Assembly (NCBI GenBank): GCA_951406725.2
Contig: OX597832.1
Span: 25,978,001 to 26,042,000 of the forward strand
DNA: 64,000 bases
Origin: Octopus vulgaris
Taxonomy: Eukaryota
Reading direction: 5' to 3'
This document shows positions 14,200 through 27,639 of the stretch, piece after piece (positions within the stretch are counted from its first letter, which is position 1; every line of letters begins with the position of its first letter). Below the pieces are notes generated by a model, which saw only the letters and a list, made by a program, of their open reading frames with translations, did no database searches and was not told the origin of the DNA. The position numbers were made by a program, and so were the translations under genes.

Positions 14200-14530
14200 C
14201 TTTTCTACTCTAGGTACAAGGCCCGAAATTTTTTTAGTGGGGGAAGAGAGCCGGTCGATTAAATCGACCGCAGTACACAACTGGTACTTAATTTATCGAC
14301 CCCGAAAGGGTGAAAGGCAAAGTCGACCTCGGCGGAATTTGAATGCAGAACGTAACGGCAGACGAAATACCTATTTCTTTATTACCCACAAGGGGCTAAA
14401 CACAGAGGGGACAAACAAGGACAGACATAGGTATTAAGTCGATTATATCGACCCCAGTGTGTAACTGGTACTTAATTTATCGACCCCTAAAGGATGGAAG
14501 GCAAAGTCGACCTCGGCGACGAAATACCGC
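14200..14530 (-). mobile_element. Two SINE family B fragments
   Basis: AACTGGTACTTAATTTATCGACCCC..AAGGCAAAGTCGACCTCGGCG occurs twice. Confidence 0.85.
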
Positions 14531-14545
14531 TATATGCATATATAC

Positions 14546-14581
<36 letters not shown>

Positions 14582-14664
14582 GTATACATGTATATATACA
14601 TATATATGCATATATGTACATATTTATGCATATATGTATATATATATGTATATGTATGTACATA

Positions 14665-14749
<85 letters not shown>

Positions 14750-14892
14750 AACTGATGTCAACTAGGATTACAATAACTTAAATTTGTCTCTATTCCATGT
14801 TGATTATATTCCTCTATAAAACTGCCATTGATATCCCTATCATAGCTTTGAAATAATAGCATAAATTTCACATACATACATACATACATACA

Positions 14893-15320
14893 TACTCTCC
14901 CCGGATAACAAGATCTGTTTTATACCTGTAATTATTTGAGCACTGGGATATGTAACAAACTGAGTAAGCACCAATCTTGAGGAATTAAGCTTCTCAAAAC
15001 CAGAAAGGAGAAAGCTAATTAGAAGATTACAGATCCAAGCCATCACCGGAACTGTAAAAGATTGTAAAACATCCCAAGAGATTATTATTTAAGCATATAT
15101 GCGCATGTCTGGACATGCAACTATATGCGTGAGAAAAGGTACATAAAATAATATATACGGATCTTCATATGCACTGACTCCAAATACCGCGCATATATAC
15201 ACATACATAAAAAATACTCTGTTAATGTTGAAATTCCAGTGAAGGAGTCTTCGATGTTTGGAAACCGGCTCTTTTTCTATTGGAAACAAAGTTTGAAATA
15301 AAGCTAAAAATCATGACACC
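14893..15320 (+). mobile_element. R4/Dong-like (RLE-type) non-LTR retrotransposon 3' end, copy 1
   Basis: Translates FIPVII*ALGYV..LEELSFSKPERRKLIRRLQIQAITGTVK, resembling the RLE C-terminus IPVVIGALG..LQK..L.GT; 3' UTR with AATAAA; CATA repeats on both sides. Confidence 0.7.
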
Positions 15321-15352
15321 CATACGTACATACATATACGTAGATTTGTATA

Positions 15353-15865
15353 CAGTAATCTCTCGCCATATCGCGGTTCACCCATCGCGGTTCACCCATC
15401 ACGGTTCACCCATCGCGGTTCACCCATCGCGGTTCACCCATCGCAGTTCACCTATTACGGTTCACCCATCGCGGTTCACCCATCGCGGTTCACCCATCGC
15501 GGTTCACCCATCGCGGTTCACCCATCGCGGTTCACCCATCGCGGTTCACCCATCGCGGTTCACCTATCGCGGTTCACCCATCGCGGTTCACCCATCGCGG
15601 TTCACCCATCGCGGTTCACCCATCGCGGTTCACCCATCGCGGTTCACCCATCGCGGTTCACCCATCACGGTTCACCCATCACGGTTCACCCATCGAGGTT
15701 CACCCATCGAGGTTCACCCATCGCGGTTCACCCATCGCGGTTCACCCGTCGCGGTTCACCGTCGCGGTTCACCCGTCGCGGTTCACCCGTCGCGGTTCAC
15801 CCGTCGCGGTTCACCCATCGCGGTTCACCCATCGCGGTTCACCCATCGCGGTTCACCCATCGCGG
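15353..15865 (+). repeat. 14-bp CpG-rich satellite (TCGCGGTTCACCCA, ~35 copies) headed by a pogo/Tigger-like terminus
   Basis: Array spans 15371-15865 and is preceded by TA|CAGTAATCTCTCGCCATA. Confidence 0.92.
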
Positions 15866-17286
15866 CAAAGTTGTTTTACATGTTAAGTTGTAAACACTCA
15901 ATATTAACAATATTTTTCATTCAAAGGGACATAAACCTTATCTTTCTTTCCCTCAACAGTTTCTTCTCGTTTTTCCCAGTTGCTTTTCTCGTTTTTTACT
16001 CTCATTTTCATTTAAGCCTGAACAATTGATGGATTGCGTACTGTACAATATGCGAGCCGTGACCGATTACTGCACATATCCGACCACGAAACTTGAAGTC
16101 GCTCACGTATGACTCCTATATTCGTTAAAAGGTACTTATCTCTCCCTGGATTGAGTGATTTTCTTGCTGATCCTACCAAGTAACATTCACACATATACAC
16201 ACACACACACTTATATATAAATAGGCGCAGGAGTGGCTATGTGGTAAGAAGTTTGCTTTCCAATCACATGGTTCCGGGTTCAGTCCCAATGTGTGGCACC
16301 TTCGGCAAGTGTTTTCTACAATTACAAGTGAGAGGACTAGAGAGAAAAGAAAGAGACATGCTCGAAAAGGATTGGTTAACCTTAACACATCGAACCGAAA
16401 TCATTGACCTGTGTTTTGGGTCCCTTTAGTAGCATTCACTTCATTGCATACATTCGGGACAGATCTCCCATACAAGGATGACTTGCCCCCATCTCATCCC
16501 AACCCACCCCACAAGTAACGAAATCTTGTAAAGAGTCATGTGTGTTTTTCTATCTCCTTTGGCCAACCCATTAACAAAGAAACCATCACTGCTTTCAAAG
16601 TGTTTAATTATTTATTTGTTTGTAACACTGTTATCTCGATCAAGTTGGTTCTTTGCCAAAATTTCACGTAATCTTTCTTTTCAATGCAAATTCGTTTGGT
16701 TTCGCTTATTGTAATTTTATTTATATTCTAACTAATATAATTAGTATTTGCTGATTATTTACTCTATCTAAAATCAATTATCTCAGAAAAGTAATGATAC
16801 ACACTCTGTCAGAAGGTTGACGCACCATAGGTAGCTTTAAAAACTAAACTTTATCCTCGTGATGTAAATATTCAGTCATGATGAGAAAAACCAATTTTTA
16901 ATTAAGACACAAAGATACCAGGTTTGCGGAGAGGGTTTCCCCAATACCATCGACACCACATTATAACTGGTACTATATTTTGTCGATTGCAAAAGGAAGA
17001 ACGGTATAGTTGAGTTCGGCGAGACCTGAACTCGGAACGGATGAATTATTGCAAACATTTTTCCGACACTTTAACACTTTAGAATTCAAACCAGTCATAT
17101 CAGGCCAGAATATTTAACCTGTTTTACGTTGACAGTGGCCAGATCCGGCTTCTAACAACAACCCTAAAGCGTCATTCTAAAAATAATCACAGCATTGAAT
17201 CTCAAAGCTATAAGATAATGCATAGTTAACTTAATATAGATAAAGAAGTATTATGTAATAAGTATGTTCGTATATATGTATATATG

Positions 17287-17680
17287 TAGGAGTGGCTGTG
17301 TGGTAAGTAGCTTGCTTACGAACCACATGGTTCCGGGTTCAGTCCTACTGCGTGGCACCTTAGCCAAATGTCTTCTAGTATAGCCTCGGGCCGACCAAAG
17401 CGTTGTGTGTGGACTTGGTAGACGGAAACTGTATGTATGTATGTATGTATGTATGTATTTGTGTATATGTTTGTGTGTGTATGTTTGTCCCTCCAACATC
17501 GCTTGACAACCGATGCTGGTGTTTTCACGTCCACGTAACTTAGCGGTTCGGCAAAAGAGCCCGATAGAATAAGTACTAGGCTTACAAAGAATAAGTCCCG
17601 GTGTCGATTTGCTCGACTAAAGGTGGTGCTCCAGTATGGCCACAGTCAAATGACTGAAACAAGTAAAGCAAGTGAAAGTG
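17287..17680 (+). mobile_element. SINE family A, near full length
   Basis: Head GGAGTGGCTGTGTGGTAAG..GGTTCAGTCC, core and tail all present. Confidence 0.92.
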
Positions 17681-17688
17681 TAAGTATG

Positions 17689-17834
17689 TTTCAGGCTTGC
17701 TTAATATATACAAGGAAATGCATCCATTATGTAAACCTTCCTCGATTAATGTATTTCAAAGGTAGTTTTGAAATGCATTAACTGAGGAAGTTTTACGTAA
17801 TGGATGCATTTCCTTATATTACGTAAACCTGAAA
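17689..17834. repeat. Fold-back palindrome (~146 bp)
   Basis: AAGGAAATGCATCCATTATGTAAACCTTCCTCGATTAATGTATTTCAAA, short loop, then TTTGAAATGCATTAACTGAGGAAGTTTTACGTAATGGATGCATTTCCTT. Confidence 0.9.
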
Positions 17835-17929
17835 TGTGCGTATTAAATGATTTGATTTCAAAATAATATTATTTGGTTTGACAGAATAATCTGAAAGCTA
17901 AACGGTTAAGAATTCTATCAGTTCACCAT

Positions 17930-18980
17930 TTTGAAGAAAAAGGTTTTTCTCGAAAGCAGCGATGCCAATGCTCAGCTTGTACTTTATTTTATCGGCTCTG
18001 AAATGATAAAAGGCAAAGTTGACCCCGGCGAGATTTGAACTCACAATGTAAAAAGCCGAAAGAAATACTGTCGATGTGTTTTGTCCGACGCTCAAACGAT
18101 TCTTATTTCTTTACTGCCCACAAGGGGCTACACACAGATGGGTCAAACAAGGATAGACAAACAGATTAAGTCGATTATATCGACCGCAGTACGTAACTGG
18201 TACTTATTTAATTGATCCCGAAAGGATGAAAGGCAAAGTCGACCTCGACGGAATTTGAACTCAGAACGTAAAGACGGACGAAATACTGCTAAGCATTTCG
18301 CCCGGCGTGCTAACGATTCTGCCAGCTCACCGCCTTTGGGAAAAGACATAATCATTTCTATTATAGGCACATGGCCTGAAATCTTGAGAGAGGTTAGGTA
18401 GTCGATTATATTGACCCCTAGTGTTCAAAACGTTCTTATTTCATCGACCCCGAAAAGATGAAAGGCAAAGCCACCTATATAAGATTTGAACTCAGAACGT
18501 AAAGACGGACGAAATGCCGCTAAGAATTTTGTGCGCCGTTCTAACGATTTTGCCAGCTCGCCACCTTAATGATAATCCTTTCTACTATAGACACAAGGCC
18601 TGAAATTTGTGGGAAGGGGCCAGTCGTTTAGATCGATTCCAGTACGCAACTGGTACTTATTTAATCGACACCGAAAGGATAAAAGGCAAAGTCGATCTCG
18701 ACAAAATTTGAACTCAGAACGTAGCGGTAGATGAAATACCGCTAAGCATTTTGCCCGGTGTGCTAACGATTCTGCCAGCTCGCCGCCTTAATAATAATGA
18801 TAATGATTTCAAATTTTGGTACAAGGCCAGAAATTTCAGGAATACGTATATCATCGACACCGAAAGAATAAAAGCCAAAAACTAACCTCGGCGGTATTTT
18901 AACTCAGAGCATAAAGCCGGACAAAATGCCGCCAAGCATTTTGTCCGGTGCGCTAATGACTCTGCCGGCTCGCCACTTTT
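17930..18980 (-). mobile_element. Head-to-tail run of about 5 SINE family B copies
   Basis: Repeated reverse complement of AAGGCGGCGAGCTGGCAGAATCGTTAGCAC..GAGTTCAAATTCCGCCGAGGTCGACTTTGCCTTTCATCC. Confidence 0.9.
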
Positions 18981-19569
18981 AGGTATACAAATCATATCTA
19001 CAACATGAAACAGATTTGTTTCTTGGTTTTTTTCCTGAGAAGTGGAACAATATTTATGATTTTCCGCTGGTTTGAGCCATCAACAGAACGGATTGAAATC
19101 TAGTAATGCCTGTTAAGGAAAACCTTTTACGGATACACACTGATAGAAGAGGGAAGCAAATATATCACCGAAGATCTCACGACGCTTATATGGAGTTTAA
19201 TGGTTTCAGCATGCAACGGTTAAATTGACGTTAACTTATATAAATGTTTATAAAGAAGTAAGAAAATATACAACGTATATACTTGGTCAAACATTTTTCT
19301 TGGTTTTTTTCGCGGAGTTAAACACGGATGTATATTAAATGCACCAACGTCAAGGGATTCTCTAAATGGTTGCATGATATACAAGAAAAAGCAATCAATT
19401 CTCTCTCTCTCAAATAATACCCTACAGTGTTGGAAAATGACACCTCGAGTAATGTGAGCCGAGGTGAACTCTGCCTTGATAAAGATGGGATGGTTACAGA
19501 TGGAACCGGCTTGATCCGTTTAGACTGTTCCGTTTAGACTGACGGGGCTAAAATATAATATTCAAATTG

Positions 19570-20716
19570 GTTTCAAATTTTGGCACAAGGCCAGCAGTTT
19601 TAGGGGAGGAGATGAGTCTATTATATTGATCCCCAGTATTCAACTGGTACTTATTTTATCGACGCCGATTGCAAAAGGAGGAACAGTTAAGTTGAGTTCA
19701 GTGAGATCTGAACTCAGAACGGATGAATTATTGCAAGAACTTTCCGGCACTTTAGAATTCAAAACGGCCATATCAGGCCAGAATATTAAACCTGTTTTGT
19801 GTCGAAAGTGGCCAGTTCCGGCCTCAATCGGGGTCGATAAATTAAGTACCAGCTGCTCACTGGAGGCGATCTAATCGACTGTCCCCCTTCCCCAAAATTT
19901 CGGGCCTTGTGCCGAGACTAGAAAAGAGTATTAACTCTCTGAGAGGCCAACTTTTGCCTTTCATCCTTTCTGGGTTGATAAATTAAGTACCAGTTGCGTA
20001 CTGGGTGTAACCTAATCGTCTGTCCCTCTCCCCCCAAATTTCGGGCCTTGTGCCGAGACTAGAAAAGAATATTAACTCTTTGAGAGGCTGACTTTGCCTT
20101 TCATCCTTTCGGGGTCGATAAATTAAGTACCACTTGTGTACTGGGGATGACCTAATCGACTGGCCCCCTCCCGCAAAATTTTCGGCCCTTGTGCCTAGGG
20201 TAAAAAAGAATATTAACTCTTTGAATTTGCAACTCCTCTTTTTCGTTTGATATATATTTCTTTACTACCCGCAAGGGGTTAAACATAGAGGGGACAAACA
20301 AGGACAGACAAACGGATTAAGTCGATTACATCGACCCCAGTGCATAACTGGTACTTTATTTATCGACCCCGAAAGGATGAAACGCAAAGTCGACCTCGGC
20401 GGAATTTGAACTCAGAACGTAACGGCAGACGGAATATCGCTAAGCATTCCGCCCGGCATGCTAACGTTTCTACCAGCTCGCCGCCCTGTGGGGCTTTAGG
20501 TGTTTTCGCTCAATAAACACTCACAACGCCCGGTCTGGGAATCGCAACCGCGATCCAACGACCGCGAGTCCGCTGGCCTAACCATTGGGCCATTGCGCCT
20601 CGACCACTTTAAAAGCAAAGTCGACCTCGGCGGAATTTGAACTCAGAACGTAGTGGCAGACGAAGTACTGTAAACATTTCGCCCGGCGTGCTAACGATTC
20701 TGCCAGCTCGCCGCCT
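19570..20716. mobile_element. SINE B cluster with a ~141-bp tandem triplication (19830-20222) and a SINE D head
   Basis: Three units GGGTCGATAAATTAAGTACC..TTGTGCC..AAAAGAATATTAACTCT; minus-strand copies at 20255-20487 and 20610-20716. Confidence 0.85.
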
Positions 20717-21064
20717 TTTTTCGTTCGATATACTTGAGGAAGATGCAAATCCAAACAGTTGCATTGTTTGTGTTTGCAATTCGCTAATTGACAAGAAACA
20801 TCGTTACTTTCAGCCGTAAACACAAAATCATAAAGTTTTTCGCTTTTGCTTCCTCCAGGGGCATAATTTAACAAAACCGCTGCTGCTAAAGAGTACTCGC
20901 TGTTCCAAAAGGTTAGACTATCTTTACTGTATTCGTGTGTAACTGGTGGATAGCAGAAGCAGTAGAGGATCTGCGAAAACACCTTGCTCTATAAAATTGC
21001 GGACCTTTTACAATCTAGGTTCGACTAAAACCGAGGTTGACTTTATCTTTCATCAAATTATCAT

Positions 21065-21247
21065 AGACGCAGGAGTGGTTGTGTGGTAAGTAGCTTGCTT
21101 ACCAGCCACATGGTTTTTGGTTCAATCCCACTGCGTGGTACCTTGGGCAAATGTTTTCTAGTATAGCGTCTGGCCGACCAAAGCCTTGTGAATGGATATG
21201 GTAGACGGAAACTGTAAGAAGCTCGTCGCGTATATATATACATATAT

Positions 21248-21296
<49 letters not shown>

Positions 21297-21505
21297 TGTG
21301 TCTGTGTTTGCCCCCCCCCCCCCTCAACATCGCTTGACAACCGGTGCTGGTGTGTTTACGTCCCCGTTAATTAACGGTTCGGCGAAAGCGACTGATAGAA
21401 TAAGTCCTAGGCTTACAAAAAATATGTCCTGGGGTCGATATGCTCGACTAAAGGCAGGGCTTCAACATGGCCGCAGTCAAAATGACTGAAACGAGTAAAA
21501 GAGTG
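21065..21505 (+). mobile_element. SINE family A, full length
   Basis: Head, core, internal (TG)n and tail present. Confidence 0.92.
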
Positions 21506-21754
21506 AATCGAAATCGATAAAATAAGTGCAAGTTGGGTACTGCAATCAGTAGTTGATTCTTCACTCCTGCTTTTCTAGATATGTGGTTTTATGTCCATCT
21601 TTCAGCTCCACAGAGAAGAATGTTCCTCACACAAACCCTGAAAAGGACAAATATTATTGGCGTTCATATTCTTGACTTCCACATTCTCCAAGCTTGTTAC
21701 ACTCAATCCCATGCATGTACGAAGTTAGTTTTTCTTGCCGTCATGGATAGAATA

Positions 21755-22010
21755 TTCGGCTTATGATCTTACGATAGTGAGTTCGATTCCGAGTTAAGCG
21801 TTGTTTCCTTGAGCAAGACACTTTATTCCACGTTGCCCCAATTCACACAGCTGGCAAAAATGAGCAGTACCTGTAATTCAAAGGGGCCAGTCTTTATCAC
21901 ACTCTGTGTCACGCTAAATCTCCCTGAGAACTACGTTAAGGGTACACGTGTCTGTGGAGTACTCAGTCACTTGCACGTTAATTTCACGAGCAAGCTGTTC
22001 TGTTGATCGA
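21755..22010 (+). mobile_element. SINE family C
   Basis: Homologous to 7637-7940. Confidence 0.8.
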
Positions 22011-22533
22011 TATTATACTTGGCCAGAGATAATCACTTGGTGTGCCGCAACACTTTACTATATTGCCCATAAACCACAAATGTGCCCCAATATTTTACTC
22101 TAGCACTGATAACCTCTAGGTGCACCATGACACTATATTATAATCCCTAGGAGTGCCACTGTATTTTACTGTGTAACCTATGACCTCTGGGGTGCTGGTA
22201 TACATCACTCCGTTGCGTATAATCTCCAGGCGTGCCGCTGTGCTTTATCGTGTCGCCGATAATTTTTAGGGGTGTTGCAATATTTTACTTTACAGCCAGT
22301 AATCTCTAAGTGTGCCGCGAACTTTACACACCACTGATTATCTCAAGAGTGCCGCGAGGTTTCACTGTGCCACCGATAATCACTATGTATGCTAAGATAT
22401 TTTACCGTGCCAAAATGTAGGTGTGTAGCGGTACATTTTTGTGCCAGCGATAATCTCTTGGCGTCACTTGTAATCTCTAGATGTGCCGCTATATTTGACC
22501 GTGCTGCTGATAATCTCTAAGTATGCTGCGACA
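22010..22533. repeat. Old, degenerate ~40-bp minisatellite
   Basis: Recurring GATAATCTCTAG-GTGTGCCGC-ATATTTTAC-TGTG, roughly a dozen copies. Confidence 0.75.
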
Positions 22534-23144
22534 TGGTGTCAAATTGTAATCCATTTTTACAAATATTTGACAACTCAGTATATTTGAGCTCTGATGATTC
22601 TTTATACACCCAGGCACGTGAATGTGCAACCTAATGTAGTTAAGAAAACAATGCATCACGATAAAATTTGTATTTTTAATAAAACTATGTGTAGCAAATG
22701 TGAAAAGTTTGGAAATCTCTGCCTTAAAGATATAATTCTATTACAATTGACAGCAGAAACTTATACAATTCATCACTATAGTTTATTCACACGGGCAATT
22801 ATGCTTGTACGAATTTAATGGAAGTTGTTTCTTGTTTTAAATTGTTTTGTAGTTTGCCACTTACTAGGGACGACGATCGTTGGAGGCTAATGAAACATCC
22901 TTGCAATGCTTAGTCTCTGTCAAGTATTGAAAAATAAATATGATTCATTGAATCCTTCACTTAGAAAATAATATAGCATTATGCTTAGAGTTGGAATCAA
23001 TGTATTGTACATGACAGAAATCATTCGGTTATAGAAATCATATAAATTGAAAAGTATTTTACAACTTAAAGCATTGGACCTTGTGCATATACGTATTCAT
23101 ACCAACATACATACATATATATGTGTGTATTTTTGTGTATGTGC

Positions 23145-23184
<40 letters not shown>

Positions 23185-23567
23185 TTTTCTTCTTCTAAAC
23201 AAAACAAAACACCGCTCTTCGATTCATATCAAAGACAATGCAACTGTCTGTTTTATCATCTTGGTTTTATTTTGAAGAGTTCGGTTAAACGAACGAAATT
23301 GCTGATAAAGAATTATCCAAAAATTCTGACTGCGTCCTTTTTCTTAATACATGTGTGTGTATATGTGTGTATGTGTCTGTCTGTCTGTCTGTGTCTGTGT
23401 TTGTTCCCACCTTCACCATAGCAGTTCGGCAAAAGACACCGACAGAATAAATACTAGGCTTACAATAAATACTAGGCTTACTGAGGTCGATCTCTTCGAC
23501 TAACACTCATCAGATGGTGCACTAGCATGGTCGCAGTCAAATCACTGAAGCAAGTAAAAGAATAAAA

Positions 23568-23637
<70 letters not shown>

Positions 23638-23640
23638 GTA

Positions 23641-23755
<115 letters not shown>

Positions 23756-24124
23756 CCTGTAATTTTGCTTTACCATATAGCATGTCAAATCAGTTGTTAG
23801 AACCTACAAAGCCTGGCAACTATAAGCTCCGACATTCAAGTAGTGTAAATTCACGGATGTCCTTCATCTAGACTCTTATATAAATATTGGATACTGGACA
23901 AAATATTAATCAATAAGAAGAAACAAGAAACGTAATTATCTACGTTAGCTTACAGCTGTTTCAGCTTTGAACTAACATGTGTAAGTACGTAAATTTTGTT
24001 TTCTTTTTACTTATTAACCAATATATGTTTGTGCATTTGTGTGTGTATTTAACTATGTAAGTATGTATGTATGTATGTATGTACGTACGTACGTACGTAT
24101 GTATATATGTATGTATGTATGCAT

Positions 24125-24632
24125 GCCATTATTCAGTTTATTTCAAGATTTCTTGCCAATAGAGAAAGAACCGGTTTCTAACCTAGATCCAAGGTTCCTT
24201 CATTGGAATTTTAACGTCAACATCAGGATATTTTTGTTTGTATGTATGTATGTATGTATGTATGTATGTATGTACGTATGTATGTATGTATGTATGTATG
24301 TATGTATGTATGTATGTATGTATGAATGTATGTATGTATGCATGCATGTATGTATGTGTCCAGATTTGTATATTTTCTTTTATGTATCTATTCTCATGCA
24401 TATAGTTGCATATCTAGACATGCTCATATATATTGAAATGATAAACGTCTGGAAAGTTTTACAGATTTTTACAGTTCCAGTGATGGATTGGATCTGTAGT
24501 CTTCGAATTAGCTTTATTCTTTCTGGTTTTGAGAAGCCTAAATTCTCAAGATTGGTATTCAGGCAGTGTGTTACATATCCCTGGGCCCTAATAATTACAG
24601 GTATAAACCTGAATTTGTAATCTGGGTAGAGT
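24125..24632 (-). mobile_element. R4/Dong-like non-LTR 3' end, copy 2
   Basis: ORF track 24380..24748 contains ILYPDYKFRFIPVIIRAQGYVTHCLNTNLENLGFSKPERIKLIRRLQIQSITGTVKICKTF, homologous to copy 1; (TATG)n flanks. Confidence 0.75.
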
Positions 24633-24650
24633 ATGTATGTATTTATTGAA

Positions 24651-24681
<31 letters not shown>

Positions 24682-25490
24682 TGTATGTATGTATGTATGT
24701 ATGTATGTATGTATGTATGTCTATATTGTAGAAAGATATAATAAACAAGCAATCAAATTGATATCGGTTTAGAGCATGGAATTTATATATCTAAACATAA
24801 TTGTAGAGCAGTCACAAACGAGTTGTGTAAATAGAATAGAGTCTGTTGTAAAATAACGGAGAAAGAAAACGTGCATATAGATCGTTACAGCTGTTTCCAG
24901 AATAGGTGTGCAAATGGTGGCAATGATACATTTCTCAGCGGACGAAGGTAATTTTCTCATATACTAGCCAACTATTTTCTCTTCAGAAAAGGAAAATTTT
25001 AGATAGATACTTAGAAGAGGAATTTCGAGGTTAACAGTTCCGTTAAGCTACATTTATTCACCAGGTTGATGCACCTAGTCTTTCGCTTCTTCTTAAGAGA
25101 CAAAATTGCGGGCTTTGTGCCTCGAGTAGAAAATATTATTTTATTATTGTTATCATTATTAATGCGGTGAGCTGGTAGAATCATTACCGCGCCGATAGGC
25201 ATTTCGTCCGACTTTACATTCTGAGTTCAAATTCTGCCGACATAGCCTTTACATTTCATCCTTTCGGGGGTTGTCGATGATTTAAGTACCTGTTGCATAC
25301 TGGGGTTCGATATAATCGACTATGCACCCCCACAAAATTTCAGACCTTGTACCTATAGTATTATTTTTTTTCCTTCTTTCTTCAAATTTTCTTCCGTTTC
25401 TCGCCGAGTGTTTTCCGTACACCTAGGGCAGAGAAGCTCATTGTATGCATTCCCAGATTACACACGCAAATCCAAAGGTATCATTATTAT

Positions 25491-25559
<69 letters not shown>

Positions 25560-25872
25560 TACTACTATTATTATTATTATTATCATTATTATCATTATTG
25601 TTGTCACAAGACTTCCTTTACAAATATACATTTTTGAATGACGTACATTAAATAAACCAAACTTTAGGTTCCTCAATAGATTACTAATCCATCCTTTCTC
25701 TTTCTCTCTCTCTCCCTCTCTCTCTCCCTCTCTCTCCCTCTCCCTCTCTCTTTATCTATCTATGTCCGTCCCCTTCACACACACCTATAACTAGTAAACG
25801 AAGGCTCACAAACAAACATAATCTGCATAAAAGTTCATTATACGTTCATACACACACACGCACACATACTTA

Positions 25873-25930
<58 letters not shown>

Positions 25931-26091
25931 TGTGTTTGTGTGTGTGCAACATTAAAATATGATTAAAATTAACGCCCTTGAGCTACAAATATCATCATAT
26001 TTGTCATGTCTATTGAAATGTTTTAATGCTGCGCATTAAAATTTTTCCTTCTTAACTAACATTAATAAAAAAGAAATACGTAATCTGTTTA

Positions 26092-26151
<60 letters not shown>

Positions 26152-26384
26152 GAGACATTTAAACATGTCAAATGAAAGTCATGACCAATTTCAAGTAAGA
26201 TATACATATTAATTTTACAACATATAATAATATTATATGTATATATATATATACCGTATGTGTACATGTATATGCATGTGTGTATGCATGTATGTGTGTG
26301 TAAATGTACCATGTGTCATTGAGTGTGTGTGTGTGTGTGAATACATGACTATGTACTTTATATATACGGAATAATATTCCCTCG

Positions 26385-26419
<35 letters not shown>

Positions 26420-26509
26420 ATAAGTACATCTCCATATATGTGTGTGTGTGTATGTACACACAATCAATTAACTAACATGGTTATATATTTATATAAATGA
26501 ATATGTACT

Positions 26510-26584
<75 letters not shown>

Positions 26585-26607
26585 GAGAGAGATAGATAGA
26601 GAGAGAG

Positions 26608-26666
<59 letters not shown>

Positions 26667-26732
26667 GAGATAGATAGATAGAGAGATAGAGGGATATAGA
26701 TAGATAGATAGAGAGATAGATAGATAGGTAGG

Positions 26733-26776
<44 letters not shown>

Positions 26777-26960
26777 TATAGTTATATTATATATATATAT
26801 ATATATATTTATATACACATACGTACGTGCATATTTATGATTATGTTTTTATGCATATATACATGTGCGTGCGATTGTGTATATATGGGTTCAAAACTTG
26901 GGATATATCAAATTATAATCATGATTGAGTAATATTTAATCTATTAAATATATATAGCAT

Positions 26961-27051
<91 letters not shown>

Positions 27052-27604
27052 CGTGTATGTTTGTGTGTTTGTGTGTGTGCGTGTGTGTGTCTCTACATAC
27101 ACACATACCTTGAATAATGGTTATTTCTGTTACATAGTTCTGTAGAGATTTCGTCGATTCAGTAATTACATTGATTCGTGTCCTTTTCCCGAATAAAACT
27201 GAACCGAAATAATTCTCATAAAACATGCGCATCTTGTCCTTGCCTTCGAAACGCGGAGTAGATGAAACAGGGACAACTGAATAAGGGAAATATTCTTTCT
27301 GTTGTATGTCTTGTACTCTGTTTTTTTCGTTGTTTGAAAAATAAGTTCGTTTCTATGTTTTTGTTTTTATGTTTTCGTTTCTCCTTGTGTTCCACATTTT
27401 TTGTTTTATGATGTCCTGTACCCATATATATGCATGTATATATACATATATATGTCGGTATGTACATGTATGTACGTATATATGCATATATTTATATATT
27501 ATTTATATTATTATATGATCGAACGCCACGCATCCTTTTTCCAAGTAAGTTTTATCTTAATAATTATGATGCGCACTCTTCTCCTTTACTATTTCTTCTC
27601 TGTC

Positions 27605-27639
<35 letters not shown>

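Larger units (their letters stand above)
17071..17909. mobile_element. piggyBac-like MITE interrupted by two nested insertions
   Basis: TTAA-CACTTTAGAATTCAAA at the left end; the right end reverse-complements to TTAA-CCGTTTAGCTTTCAGA. Confidence 0.6.

Noticed and set aside
15280-16029. 249-aa ORF of AVHPSRFTHRGSPI repeats
   Set aside because: Three 14-bp satellite units give a 14-aa period in every frame; there is no coding signal.
22010-22533. CRISPR array
   Set aside because: Eukaryotic context, degenerate repeats, mutually homologous spacers and no cas genes.
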